This document shows, in pieces, positions 1 through 8,866 of a DNA stretch of 64,000 nt; the first letter of the stretch is position 1, and each line of letters begins with the position of its first letter. The translations under genes and the position numbers were made by a program. This DNA comes from an uncultured Clostridia bacterium. GTDB taxonomy: Bacteria; Bacillota; Clostridia; TANB77; CAG-508. The notes under the pieces were generated by a model. It had not been told where the DNA came from and searched no databases. It was given only the letters and a program-made list of their open reading frames with translations. Location of the stretch: positions 19,376-83,375 of the forward strand of contig CALXAV010000003.1 in the NCBI GenBank assembly GCA_944386385.1, written 5' to 3'.

Positions 1-82
1 CTATTTCATTATTAATCCTCCAATTTTCAAATGAACTATTAAATCTGTTTGGAATAATTAACTTATTAAATTTAATATTCAC
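1..82 (-). CDS. Hypothetical protein, N-terminal 27 codons only (runs off the left edge)
   Basis: GTG at 80-82 is preceded by GAGGAGG (complement of 89-95). The frame VNIKFNKLIIPNRFNSSFENWRINNEI stays open to position 1. Confidence 0.3.
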   Translation of the reverse strand, partial: MNIKFNKLIIPNRFNSSFENWRINNEI

Positions 83-217
83 TTAATTCCTCCTCGTATA
101 ATTATAAAATAAATTACTTGAATGTTTGTCAAAATATGTAAATTGTTGAAAAAGCAAAATAATTCTGCATTTTTCTGTTTGCATATTATTTTGCTTTTCT
201 TTTGTTATTGATATATG

Positions 218-403
218 TCAGTCATCGCCTTTAATTTCTGTTCCATCATCTAAAATCTTAACTATCTTACTAAAATCTTTTGCACCTATATGAGCATAAT
301 AATTTCCTCCATCAATATAACAAGATTCACATTTACAAGATACTAAATTATGCACACTTTTTGACTCAATTATATCTCCACAAATTAGACATTTAATTTT
401 CAT
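218..403 (-). CDS. Small Cys-rich (zinc-ribbon-like) protein, 61 aa
   Basis: I trimmed the track ORF 218-511 to the ATG at 401-403, which has AGGAG 8 nt upstream. The protein MKIKCLICGD...SCKCESC has CxxC plus CxCxxC. It is divergent from the methyltransferase gene. Confidence 0.5.
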   Translation of the reverse strand: MKIKCLICGDIIESKSVHNLVSCKCESCYIDGGNYYAHIGAKDFSKIVKILDDGTEIKGDD

Positions 404-514
404 ATTTGGTCTCCTATTCAAAATAATATATACAAATATATCATATTTTTCATAAATTTTCCAGATGTTAGTAAACTTTTCAACAAATTTCCACAATATT
501 TTTAGTCGCAACTA

Positions 515-589
515 TTGCTTTTTTTTCTATTTAGTTATATAATATTTCCAGTCGCAGAGTTTGCATTTTTTATTTAACTCTGTTATAAT
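515..589 (+). promoter_or_regulatory. Two tandem sigma-A-type promoters upstream of the methyltransferase gene, each preceded by an AGTCGCA box
   Basis: P1 is TTGCTT(515-520)-17 nt-TATAAT(538-543). P2 is TTGCAT(561-566)-17 nt-TATAAT(584-589) with TG at 581-582. The boxes AGTCGCAactaTTGC (504-518) and AGTCGCAgagtTTGC (550-564) overlap the -35 elements. Confidence 0.5.
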
Positions 590-616
590 AAAAACATCTA
601 GGGAGGTTCAGATAAA

Positions 617-1843
617 ATGAGTAATTTTAAAGTAGTTTCACTTTTTTCAGGTGCAGGTGGAATGGATCTTGGATTTGAAAAAGCTGGATTTGATATAGTA
701 TGGGCTAATGATTTTTTCAAAGAAGCCGTTGAATCTTATAAGAAGAATGTAAGCCAAAATATAGTATATGGTGATATAACAAAAATAGATAGTTCAGAAA
801 TTCCAGATGATGTAGATTTAGTTATTGGTGGCTTTCCTTGTCAAGGTTTTTCAGTAGCAAATACTAAAAGAAGTATGAAAGACAAAAGGAATTTCTTATA
901 TAAAGAAATGCTACGAATAATAAAAGATAAAAATCCAAAGTTTTTTGTTGCTGAAAATGTAAAAGGATTATTATCTATGGAAAAAGGCAAAGTATTTGAA
1001 ATGATAAAAAAAGATTTTGAATCCCTTGGTTACAAAGTAGATGCCAAATTATTAAATGCTGCTGAATATGGAGTTCCTCAGGCGAGAGAAAGACTTGTTA
1101 TTATAGGAAATAGGTTAGGGATTGATAATCCTTTTCCTACTCCTACTAATTGGGTAGATACTAAACAATATAAATCAAAAAAAGGATTAAAAGATCCTGT
1201 TACTGTAGAACAAACCATAGGATTTTTAAGCAATGTAAAACTTAGTACTTCGCCTATCACACTATCTAATGGTACAAAAATATATAATCATATTGCAGCT
1301 ACAAATGTATATGATAAATTTTGGGGTAGAAAATATGAAGTAAATCAAGCTGATATTTGTGATTACTTAAGATATTGGAGAGATAAATCAGGATATTCAA
1401 CCAAAAAGGTAGACGAGCATTTCGGATATAAATATACAGCTGGTCATTGGTTTAGAAAAGATAATCATTCAGGAAGCATACCAAAGCCTTCTGACTGGTG
1501 GGAATTAAAGAAAATGTTTAAGTTTGATGATACATATGATAAACAAGTTACTACAATGGTAGAAAAAGAAATCAAATTTGAACAATCTTTAAGAATTACT
1601 AATTGGGATAGACCAAGTGACACAATAACAGCTACTAGCCCTGAAATACATGTTAACAAAGAAAGAAGATTAAGTGCTAGAGAATGTGCTATGCTACAAA
1701 CTTTTCCTATGGACTACCAATTTGTTGGAAGTTTAAATACTATTTATAGACAAATCGGTAATGCTGTTCCTGTAAAATTAGCAGAGCAGATTGCTTCTGG
1801 GATATATGAGGCTTTAGAAAAAAATCAAAAAACAGGCAAATAA
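617..1843 (+). CDS. DNA (cytosine-5)-methyltransferase (type II R-M modification subunit)
   Basis: C5-MTase motifs appear in the canonical order: FSGAGG (I), GGFPCQGFS (IV), ENVKGL (VI), QARERL (VIII), GNAVPV (X). RBS GGGAGG lies upstream. Confidence 0.92.
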   Translation: MSNFKVVSLFSGAGGMDLGFEKAGFDIVWANDFFKEAVESYKKNVSQNIVYGDITKIDSSEIPDDVDLVIGGFPCQGFSVANTKRSMKDKRNFLYKEMLRIIKDKNPKFFVAENVKGLLSMEKGKVFEMIKKDFESLGYKVDAKLLNAAEYGVPQARERLVIIGNRLGIDNPFPTPTNWVDTKQYKSKKGLKDPVTVEQTIGFLSNVKLSTSPITLSNGTKIYNHIAATNVYDKFWGRKYEVNQADICDYLRYWRDKSGYSTKKVDEHFGYKYTAGHWFRKDNHSGSIPKPSDWWELKKMFKFDDTYDKQVTTMVEKEIKFEQSLRITNWDRPSDTITATSPEIHVNKERRLSARECAMLQTFPMDYQFVGSLNTIYRQIGNAVPVKLAEQIASGIYEALEKNQKTGK

Positions 1844-1863
1844 TCACCTGTTTTTTTGATTTT
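1821..1863. terminator. Bidirectional hairpin between the convergent MTase and putative REase genes
   Basis: Inverted repeat AAAATCAAAAAACAGG / CCTGTTTTTTTGATTTT, flanked by A/T runs on both strands. Confidence 0.5.
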
Positions 1864-1864
1864 T

Positions 1865-2896
1865 TTACTTTTTTTCTCCCCAAGAAATTAATGAATCATA
1901 AATTTTAAAATACTTGTGTTCTCCACACCATTTTTCATTTTTTGAATTATATCTTTTTTCTAACCATTCATCATTAAATCTAGCTGTATTTCCAAATTTT
2001 ACAGCCTGCAAATAAATATCCCAATGTTTTCCTTTTTTCTTTGGAACTACATACCAGACTATATTCTTTTCTTTATCATAGTATCCAACTTTAGTTTTAC
2101 TTTCTATTCTCTCCCAATCTCTAGGTATATCTGTTACCTGTTCCATTCTTGAAAATTTATTTATTTTAGACAAATTTTTAAATTCATCTAAAGATGTTAT
2201 ATATTTAGGTTTATAGTATATTCCATCATGTTCATCAAAATACACATAATCTTTAAAATTCAAAAACAAGTCGTTATCAAATAAATTACTTAAAACTCCA
2301 TTAGGTAAACATGTTACTACAATGCTTGGTAAATCATCTTCATTTATTAACTTAAATATTCCTCTTCCATCATCAGAATATCCTATCTTTACCAAATATG
2401 TTAATAACGGTTTTTGTGATTTTGAATCAATTGCTTGTAAATTTGATTTTACTTTAAATCCTGGAAAAGATCCAGCACTTAAAACGGGATTATTTAGAAA
2501 TGAAGTTTGATTATGTTCAAATTGTGTTGAGGATAATTCTCCTTTATTTCCGATTTTATCTATTGTCTTAACATCTATATTCAAAATTATATCTTCTAAT
2601 TCTAATGCAATATCACAACTTATAGGTGATGCATAAAACTTTGTAGCATTTGGAAAAGACGTATACATATGATGTCTTAATAATCTCTCTGATGCTTCTT
2701 TTATTTTATTCTTTTTTCCCCATACTTCTTGTAAAAGTTCATAATATTCTTGTGTTTCTTCTTCTATATGCTTTAAATCTGTTAAAAATATTGGAGACGT
2801 TACAATATTTTCAATAATGTGCATATATTTTTCTTCCAAATCTAGTATTTGATTTTGAATTTTTGTTCTTTCATATTCTATATTTTGTTCAGACAT
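1865..2896 (-). CDS. Putative type II restriction endonuclease (context-based)
   Basis: 343-aa ORF convergent with, and 21 nt from, the C5-MTase. It has a possible PD-(D/E)XK-like string, SCDIALELEDIILNIDVK. I recognise no family. Confidence 0.4.
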   Translation of the reverse strand: MSEQNIEYERTKIQNQILDLEEKYMHIIENIVTSPIFLTDLKHIEEETQEYYELLQEVWGKKNKIKEASERLLRHHMYTSFPNATKFYASPISCDIALELEDIILNIDVKTIDKIGNKGELSSTQFEHNQTSFLNNPVLSAGSFPGFKVKSNLQAIDSKSQKPLLTYLVKIGYSDDGRGIFKLINEDDLPSIVVTCLPNGVLSNLFDNDLFLNFKDYVYFDEHDGIYYKPKYITSLDEFKNLSKINKFSRMEQVTDIPRDWERIESKTKVGYYDKEKNIVWYVVPKKKGKHWDIYLQAVKFGNTARFNDEWLEKRYNSKNEKWCGEHKYFKIYDSLISWGEKK

Positions 2897-3012
2897 ACTA
2901 TCTTCCCCCTATGTCCATAATATAACATATATTTATGTTTTAAACAATATAATTTTGAAATTTGTGTCGAATCTTCTAGTTTTTATAGTCTTTCTTTTTC
3001 TAAATTTAATTT

Positions 3013-3645
3013 TTAATTTTTCCAAAAAAATTCATCATAAATATATCCTTTTTCTATATACAACTCTGTTAGCTTCATTTTATATTTTTCTAATAACTCT
3101 AAATACTTTTTCTTAAAAACATTTTTACATAACCATTCAACACCTTTACTAGAAATCACAACTTTGCCATTAATTAAAAATTTATATTGTTCAAATCCAC
3201 TATCACACATTTTCTTAATTGCTTTTCTAATTGTTATTTCTTTTCTATCAAAATATTTGCATAGTTGTTTTATATCCATATCTTCATTCCACCAATTTTT
3301 ATTTTTCTCTACTTTTAATAATTCTTCATATTGTTTTATTCTATCTTCAAAAAAATCTGTATCTGCATCAATTAATGATTTTTCTTTTTGAAAATATACA
3401 TTTAATAACCAATAATATCCTTCTATCAAAATAAAATATTTTCTGCTTCTTATTTTCTCACTTCTCCATCTACAAGTTGGATGCTTTTCTAACATAACAT
3501 CTATTGCTTTTCTTAAATCTAATTCTGTTATTTCTTTACCTTGTTTGGTAGTTAATCCAAGCAAATGTAATTTCTTTAATATTTTATCGTATGATAAGAA
3601 AACACTATCTAATGCTTGTTCCGAATTTACATACATTTTTCTCAC
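3013..3645 (-). CDS. Hypothetical island protein (210 aa)
   Basis: Long ORF in the same orientation as the replication module. I recognise no motif. Confidence 0.45.
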   Translation of the reverse strand: MRKMYVNSEQALDSVFLSYDKILKKLHLLGLTTKQGKEITELDLRKAIDVMLEKHPTCRWRSEKIRSRKYFILIEGYYWLLNVYFQKEKSLIDADTDFFEDRIKQYEELLKVEKNKNWWNEDMDIKQLCKYFDRKEITIRKAIKKMCDSGFEQYKFLINGKVVISSKGVEWLCKNVFKKKYLELLEKYKMKLTELYIEKGYIYDEFFWKN

Positions 3646-3949
3646 TTCCTATATATAAAAATTTCTTAATGCTAGTTTACTTAGCATTAAGAATTTGCAA
3701 AATAAATTTTGCACGAATATTGGGTAGTATTTTTTAGTACCTAATATTCGCCAGCTTGGTGTATTGACACCGTTTTCGCTGTTTAGGGCAAAATGCCCTA
3801 AAACCTTTTTTGCTCTCCGAGGAATATTTTTTATATCAATTTTCTTCTTTTGTATTAAAAAAATTCTAAAATATTTAAATTTTTTAGTTTAAAATATTCT
3901 TTACTTTTGTTTATAAATATTTTATAATAATTTTAGTTTTTGGATTAAG

Positions 3950-4798
3950 TTAGTATTTAGTTTGGTCGCTTATACTAGCTTTTTCTTTTTCATTTTGATC
4001 ATACTTTTTTAGCTCAATTCCATAACAAAATTGATACAATTTTTGAATAACAGCTTCTGATAATTCTTCGTCTTCACTTTGATAAAATCTATCTAGTAAG
4101 CTTTCTTTGTTAAATCTAGTTGTTACTATAATTGGTAATTTATTTTCATTTCTATTTTCTATAATTGTATATAATTTTTCTAATGCCCAACTACTAATTT
4201 TTTCTGTTCCCAAATCATCAATTATAAGCATATCAACTTTAGAATATAATTCTATTATGTCTTTTTCTTTGCTTGAGAAATCTTTAAAAGTATCCTTAAT
4301 TACATCTAACAATAAAATCAATCTTCCCATTAAAACTAACATATCTTTTTCTGTAAGTTTATTTAAAATAGCTGTTGCTAAATGTGTTTTACCTACGCCA
4401 GATTTTCCTGTAATAATAAGCCCATTTTTTTGAATTTTATTAATACATTTTTCTGTAAAATCTTTTGCAATCTCTACTTCTTTCTTATTAGTTTCTGTTA
4501 TTATAAAGTTATCAAATTGATAATCTTGTATTTGCTTGCTAATATAATTTTGTATATAAAATTGCCTTGTCATTTGCTCAAATCGTTTCCTTTTCTTTTG
4601 TCCTTCTTCTTTTAAATCTACTTCTTCCCAATAATCCTTTGACTGTTTACAATCGCATCTTTCATATTCTATTGAACTTAATGGTATATTTGCATATAAA
4701 TAATCTAAGCCTATTGGTTTTAAATCTTTTCCACAAAATTTGCATTTATTGTGGAAAATCTCCTCTTTAGAATTACATTTCATATTTTCTAAATCCAT
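3950..4798 (-). CDS. DnaC/IstB-like AAA+ helicase-loader protein with an N-terminal Cys cluster
   Basis: Walker A is GKSGVGKTHLATAI and Walker B is LIIDDLGTE. The N-terminus carries CKFCGK...CDC. It overlaps the upstream organizer gene by 26 nt. Confidence 0.8.
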   Translation of the reverse strand: MDLENMKCNSKEEIFHNKCKFCGKDLKPIGLDYLYANIPLSSIEYERCDCKQSKDYWEEVDLKEEGQKKRKRFEQMTRQFYIQNYISKQIQDYQFDNFIITETNKKEVEIAKDFTEKCINKIQKNGLIITGKSGVGKTHLATAILNKLTEKDMLVLMGRLILLLDVIKDTFKDFSSKEKDIIELYSKVDMLIIDDLGTEKISSWALEKLYTIIENRNENKLPIIVTTRFNKESLLDRFYQSEDEELSEAVIQKLYQFCYGIELKKYDQNEKEKASISDQTKY

Positions 4799-5285
4799 TT
4801 GTGTTCTCTTCTTCCTTTCTTATTTCTTTTCTTTTATTTTCTTTATTCTCTTCTTCTTTGTTACATAACGTTACTGTAACGTTACTTTTCCCATTTTCAT
4901 TTTTCAACTTTTCACGATATCTCTGTTGTCTTAATCTTCCTTGTTCTTTGTATTTTTCATATGTTTCAATACTTTGATATTTATTCCAATTTTTAATCTT
5001 GTAAACTTCATTTTCTAGAATAATCATTTCTAATTCTAAAAATTTTTCAATTATTTCTTCCATTTTCTCAAAAGACTTTCCCATAATCTTTGAAAAATAT
5101 TCAATTGTCATTGGTTTATTCTCACCTATTACTAAATTGCCTTCTTTATTACATTCCATAGCAATAATTAATAATTGTATCCAAACTCTGATATATGTAT
5201 CTCCATCCGGCTCTTTAAGTAATATTTGAATTTTCCTATTTGCAAATAAATTTGCATCAATTTTTAACCATTGTAGCTTATACAT
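4773..5285 (-). CDS. Phage replisome-organizer-like protein (N-terminal domain type)
   Basis: The N-terminus MYKLQWLKIDANLFANRKIQILL...YIRVWIQLL resembles the phage replisome organizer N-terminal family. It sits immediately upstream of the DnaC-like gene. Confidence 0.6.
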   Translation of the reverse strand: MYKLQWLKIDANLFANRKIQILLKEPDGDTYIRVWIQLLIIAMECNKEGNLVIGENKPMTIEYFSKIMGKSFEKMEEIIEKFLELEMIILENEVYKIKNWNKYQSIETYEKYKEQGRLRQQRYREKLKNENGKSNVTVTLCNKEEENKENKRKEIRKEEENTNGFRKYEM

Positions 5286-5313
5286 TGCCTCCTTTCCTCT
5301 CTTTCTTCAAAAT

Positions 5314-5511
5314 TTAAAGCATAGATTGTAATTCCATATTTCTTAAATATTCATCTAGTGCTTGTACTCTAAATAAATATTTTCCACCCACTTTACAATA
5401 TGGTATTTGTTTTTTCCTTACCAGTTGATTTATTAACCAATATGAAATACCTAAATACTCTGATGCTTCTTTCATCGTCAATGTTGTTCTTTGAACTTGA
5501 TTATTCATCAT
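5314..5511 (-). CDS. Excisionase-family helix-turn-helix DNA-binding protein
   Basis: 65 aa. LTMKEASEYLGISYWLINQLVRKKQIPYCKVGGKYLFRVQALDEYL matches the excisionase/MerR-type HTH pattern. Confidence 0.75.
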   Translation of the reverse strand: MMNNQVQRTTLTMKEASEYLGISYWLINQLVRKKQIPYCKVGGKYLFRVQALDEYLRNMELQSML

Positions 5512-5684
5512 AATGCTACCTCCTCTCTTTGGAATTTAGAAGATCCTTCTCTCCCCTTCTACTATAAAGCCCATATCAACTGTTAAAAACTGAGCTATTT
5601 TTTAAAATTTTTTAATTTTTTTATTTTATTTTCTTCTTTTATAGTGTTTTCAATAGTTATATGGTTTTTGATTTGTAATTTTTA

Positions 5685-5713
5685 TTGCATTTTTCACTAT
5701 ATTTTTGTATAAT
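5685..5713 (+). promoter_or_regulatory. Sigma-A-type promoter for the 5780 ORF
   Basis: TTGCAT(5685-5690)-17 nt-TATAAT(5708-5713). Confidence 0.5.
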
Positions 5714-5779
5714 TAAGATACTTTGTTAGCAATTTTATTTTGTAAAATATATTGCAATTTGTGTTTTTGAGGTGTTTAC

Positions 5780-6871
5780 ATGTTAAGAAAAGATAATATT
5801 CCAGTAAAAGATTGGTTTAATATTTGGTTCAATAGAGAAAAAAGAAAAGAGTTTTATACAACTTCTATTTCTTTGTATAAAACTACTTTTAATCATGATA
5901 AAGGTAATAGATTCTCAAATATACTTTTTAACGATTCTAAAAACGATAAAGAGATTTATTTTTCTTCAGCCACTTTATTAGAGCCTTTTGAAGAAAGTTA
6001 TGGAACTTTTTTAATAAAATTTCTTAATGCAAATTTTGCATCTTTTGAAACATCTTATCGTACTTTCTTCTGTTTTTATGGATTTTCTATTTTAAGTGAA
6101 TTTTATGCTTCAATTCCTTCATTAAAGTTTTTTAAAACAGAAGATGAATTTATAGAAACTTATCAACCAATTTTTAATAAAGTTAAATCTAAGTTAAAGA
6201 AATTACAATATTTGATAAAACAATGCGTAGACTATATGTATAATTTAAATAATAATTCAATAGATAAGAATTATACACCTTTAGAAAAGTATCTTTCTTA
6301 TTCTATTTTTAATAACTTATTTAAATATTCTACAAACATAGAAGTATATTATTATCAACAATTTGCACATGATATATACCATATATCTTCACAATCTATA
6401 ACACCTAAAATTGTTAGAGAACATTTAGAAAATAGAATAATAGATATAGGTGATAGTCCAGTTTTTCATACATCATATTTATCAAATGTACTGTATATTT
6501 CTTTATTTGAAATAGCTTCTAATACAAATATAAGAATTAAAGTTTGTAAGAACTGTAGTAAATATTTTATCCCATTAAAAAATACTGAAAAATATTGTGA
6601 TATTGTATATTTCGAAAATGAATTATCTTGTAAAAATGTTGGTGCTAATAACTCTTATTACAAAAAGAGAAATACTATTGAAGGAATTAAATTTTATAGA
6701 AATAATTATCAAAGAAGATTAATGCAAGTCAAAAGATCCAATGATGAACAAGTTAAAATAGCATTTGATAATTGGAAAAAACTTGCCAAAGAAAAAATTA
6801 AAGAATTTAATAATAATAAAATTTCAGAGAAAGAATTACTTGAATGGATGAAAGAAAATAAAAATATATAA
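5780..6871 (+). CDS. Hypothetical protein with a C-terminal Cys4 zinc-ribbon-like motif (363 aa)
   Basis: Contains CKNCSKYF...YCD...SCKNVG (CxxC-x13-C-x11-C). RBS GAGGTG lies upstream. It is convergent with the HEPN operon. Confidence 0.5.
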   Translation: MLRKDNIPVKDWFNIWFNREKRKEFYTTSISLYKTTFNHDKGNRFSNILFNDSKNDKEIYFSSATLLEPFEESYGTFLIKFLNANFASFETSYRTFFCFYGFSILSEFYASIPSLKFFKTEDEFIETYQPIFNKVKSKLKKLQYLIKQCVDYMYNLNNNSIDKNYTPLEKYLSYSIFNNLFKYSTNIEVYYYQQFAHDIYHISSQSITPKIVREHLENRIIDIGDSPVFHTSYLSNVLYISLFEIASNTNIRIKVCKNCSKYFIPLKNTEKYCDIVYFENELSCKNVGANNSYYKKRNTIEGIKFYRNNYQRRLMQVKRSNDEQVKIAFDNWKKLAKEKIKEFNNNKISEKELLEWMKENKNI

Positions 6872-6902
6872 AATAGAAGGATAAAAAAGTGAAATTACTT
6901 TC

Positions 6903-8558
6903 TTATCCTCTCTTATATTGTTCACTATCATTAATACATAAGTCATCATTAATTTTTATTATTAATAATATAAATAATTTCAAAAAAATCATATAATTAT
7001 ATTTATGTATTTCTTCTGAACTATCGTTACTTGGCTGTGTTCCATGTATATATCTATTTCTTAAATCTAAGCCATTATTAAATTCAGCTTTGTTTAAATA
7101 ATAATTAAAATAATCAGCTTCTGGTCGTGACAACAAACTACTTTCTGCACAAAGTATTCCATCACTAATAAGTTCATCCATTACTTTTCTATATTCTTCA
7201 GAATATTTCCAGTAACTAATCACTTCATTTTTATACAAATCTTTAAATATATTTACAACCTTTTTTTTATTTATCTTTAAGTATCCATATTCATCTTCTA
7301 TAATATAATCTTTTTCTATTAAGTAATTTATTTCCACTTCAGCATAAGTGGCATAATCTTCTTTTTTAATCTTTTCATTATTAATTAAATCAAAGAAAGA
7401 ACTATATCTTTTTTCAATTCTTTTTATATAATGTAAAATACATTGATCTGAGAAAAAATAGAATTCCATTAATTTATATTCTTCTGAATTTGCATATATA
7501 TATTTATTTTTTATTATACTTTTAATATCTTTGAATTGTATAGGATTTGATGATATTTCTATTAACTCATGGTCTATTTGTCCATCTTCAACAATTAATT
7601 GATACTCCTTTAATATATGATCCATTTCAGACAATATAGTTCTACATTTCTCGAGAGTAGATGAATTTTTTGAAGGTATTGAAATACGATAATCATTAAT
7701 ATTAAACTCCTTAAATAGATATTCCTTAAAGAACCATTCTATAATACTTTCTAATCTAATATCTAAAGAATTCAATCTTTCACTATATGATATAATCTGT
7801 AAATTAGATAACATTTCTAATGTATCAAATGTTGTCCCCTTTTTGTATGCATTTTTTGAACTTATAGACAAAAACCTCTCAAATAATCCTAAATTACATT
7901 TTTTGTTTGTAAGACCAATCCTCATCTGCATATCTACATATCCAAAAAGGTATATAAAATTATTTAATAATGTAGGATAGTCTTGGTTCTCTTTAATCCA
8001 ATTAAAATCATAGATACATTTAATATCTCTTCCACTACCTTCTATTATGACTTCCTGTTCTAATCTTTTTTCAGAAAATACTACTGTTCTTTTCATTTCT
8101 ATGCCATCACTATTCTGAAAAAATTTTTCTGTTTGTTCCTTTATTTTTTTCTTAGTTAATAACCTTGTTTTATCACTTATTTCTAATTCATTCTTTTTAC
8201 TTTGAATATTCTCAATTATTCTTAAATAATTTAAATTAGCTTCTTTACTGTTTATATACTTGATAATTAAAATTTCTTTATCTGTAATAGTAAACTCCTT
8301 TGGTAAATAAATTTGCTTATTTTCTCCCTCTATTTCATATTTATCCAATAATATTGTAGCATTTTCAGGGTATTCTAATAATTTATTTCTTATTAAATTA
8401 CCAAATTTATTTACAATTTTTTTATTTGGTAGTACATGATGTAAAATATATCTGTCTTTTATTAATTTTTGAAATACCTTTTCTGATATTCTTTCAAAAA
8501 CATTGTATTTTTCTATAACTTCAAAAAAATCATCATAATATTGATAGTTCTTTTCCAT
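6903..8558 (-). CDS. HEPN-motif protein (551 aa), third gene of the island operon
   Basis: The C-terminal LDLRNRYIHGTQ contains R-x4-H. I back-checked the codons on the DNA: AGA AAT AGA TAT ATA CAT at 7061->7044. The N-terminal ~490 aa is unrecognised. Confidence 0.55.
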   Translation of the reverse strand: MEKNYQYYDDFFEVIEKYNVFERISEKVFQKLIKDRYILHHVLPNKKIVNKFGNLIRNKLLEYPENATILLDKYEIEGENKQIYLPKEFTITDKEILIIKYINSKEANLNYLRIIENIQSKKNELEISDKTRLLTKKKIKEQTEKFFQNSDGIEMKRTVVFSEKRLEQEVIIEGSGRDIKCIYDFNWIKENQDYPTLLNNFIYLFGYVDMQMRIGLTNKKCNLGLFERFLSISSKNAYKKGTTFDTLEMLSNLQIISYSERLNSLDIRLESIIEWFFKEYLFKEFNINDYRISIPSKNSSTLEKCRTILSEMDHILKEYQLIVEDGQIDHELIEISSNPIQFKDIKSIIKNKYIYANSEEYKLMEFYFFSDQCILHYIKRIEKRYSSFFDLINNEKIKKEDYATYAEVEINYLIEKDYIIEDEYGYLKINKKKVVNIFKDLYKNEVISYWKYSEEYRKVMDELISDGILCAESSLLSRPEADYFNYYLNKAEFNNGLDLRNRYIHGTQPSNDSSEEIHKYNYMIFLKLFILLIIKINDDLCINDSEQYKRG

Positions 8559-8847
8559 TCCGTAAGAAAATCTTTTCTATATTACTATTATCAATGTTAC
8601 TTAAATATACTCCAATAGATTTATTCATTTTTTTGCATACATTCTTTATTTTTTCTATTTCTATATCAGTCCACTTTTTCAAATAACATTCATTATCATT
8701 ATATAATGATATATTATAAAATTCTATTATATCATTAATATTATAATTTTTTCTATTTTCATCATAATTATTAACTATTTCATATAATTTTTCCAAATTA
8801 TAACTACATCCTAAATCTGATTTTGAATAAAACTTAATTCTTTCCAT
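8533..8847 (-). CDS. Small hypothetical protein (104 aa), middle gene of the operon
   Basis: This ORF overlaps the start of the 551-aa gene by 26 nt. It could be a separate gene or a frameshifted N-terminal extension of that gene. Confidence 0.4.
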   Translation of the reverse strand: MERIKFYSKSDLGCSYNLEKLYEIVNNYDENRKNYNINDIIEFYNISLYNDNECYLKKWTDIEIEKIKNVCKKMNKSIGVYLSNIDNSNIEKIFLRNGKELSIL

Positions 8848-8866
8848 AGCTTCTCCTCAAATAAAA

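Noticed and set aside
218-511. The full 97-aa track ORF.
   Set aside because: The upstream 36 codons overlap the MTase promoter region and lack an RBS. ATG 401-403 has AGGAG 8 nt upstream and starts the Cys-rich domain, so the gene was trimmed to 218-403.
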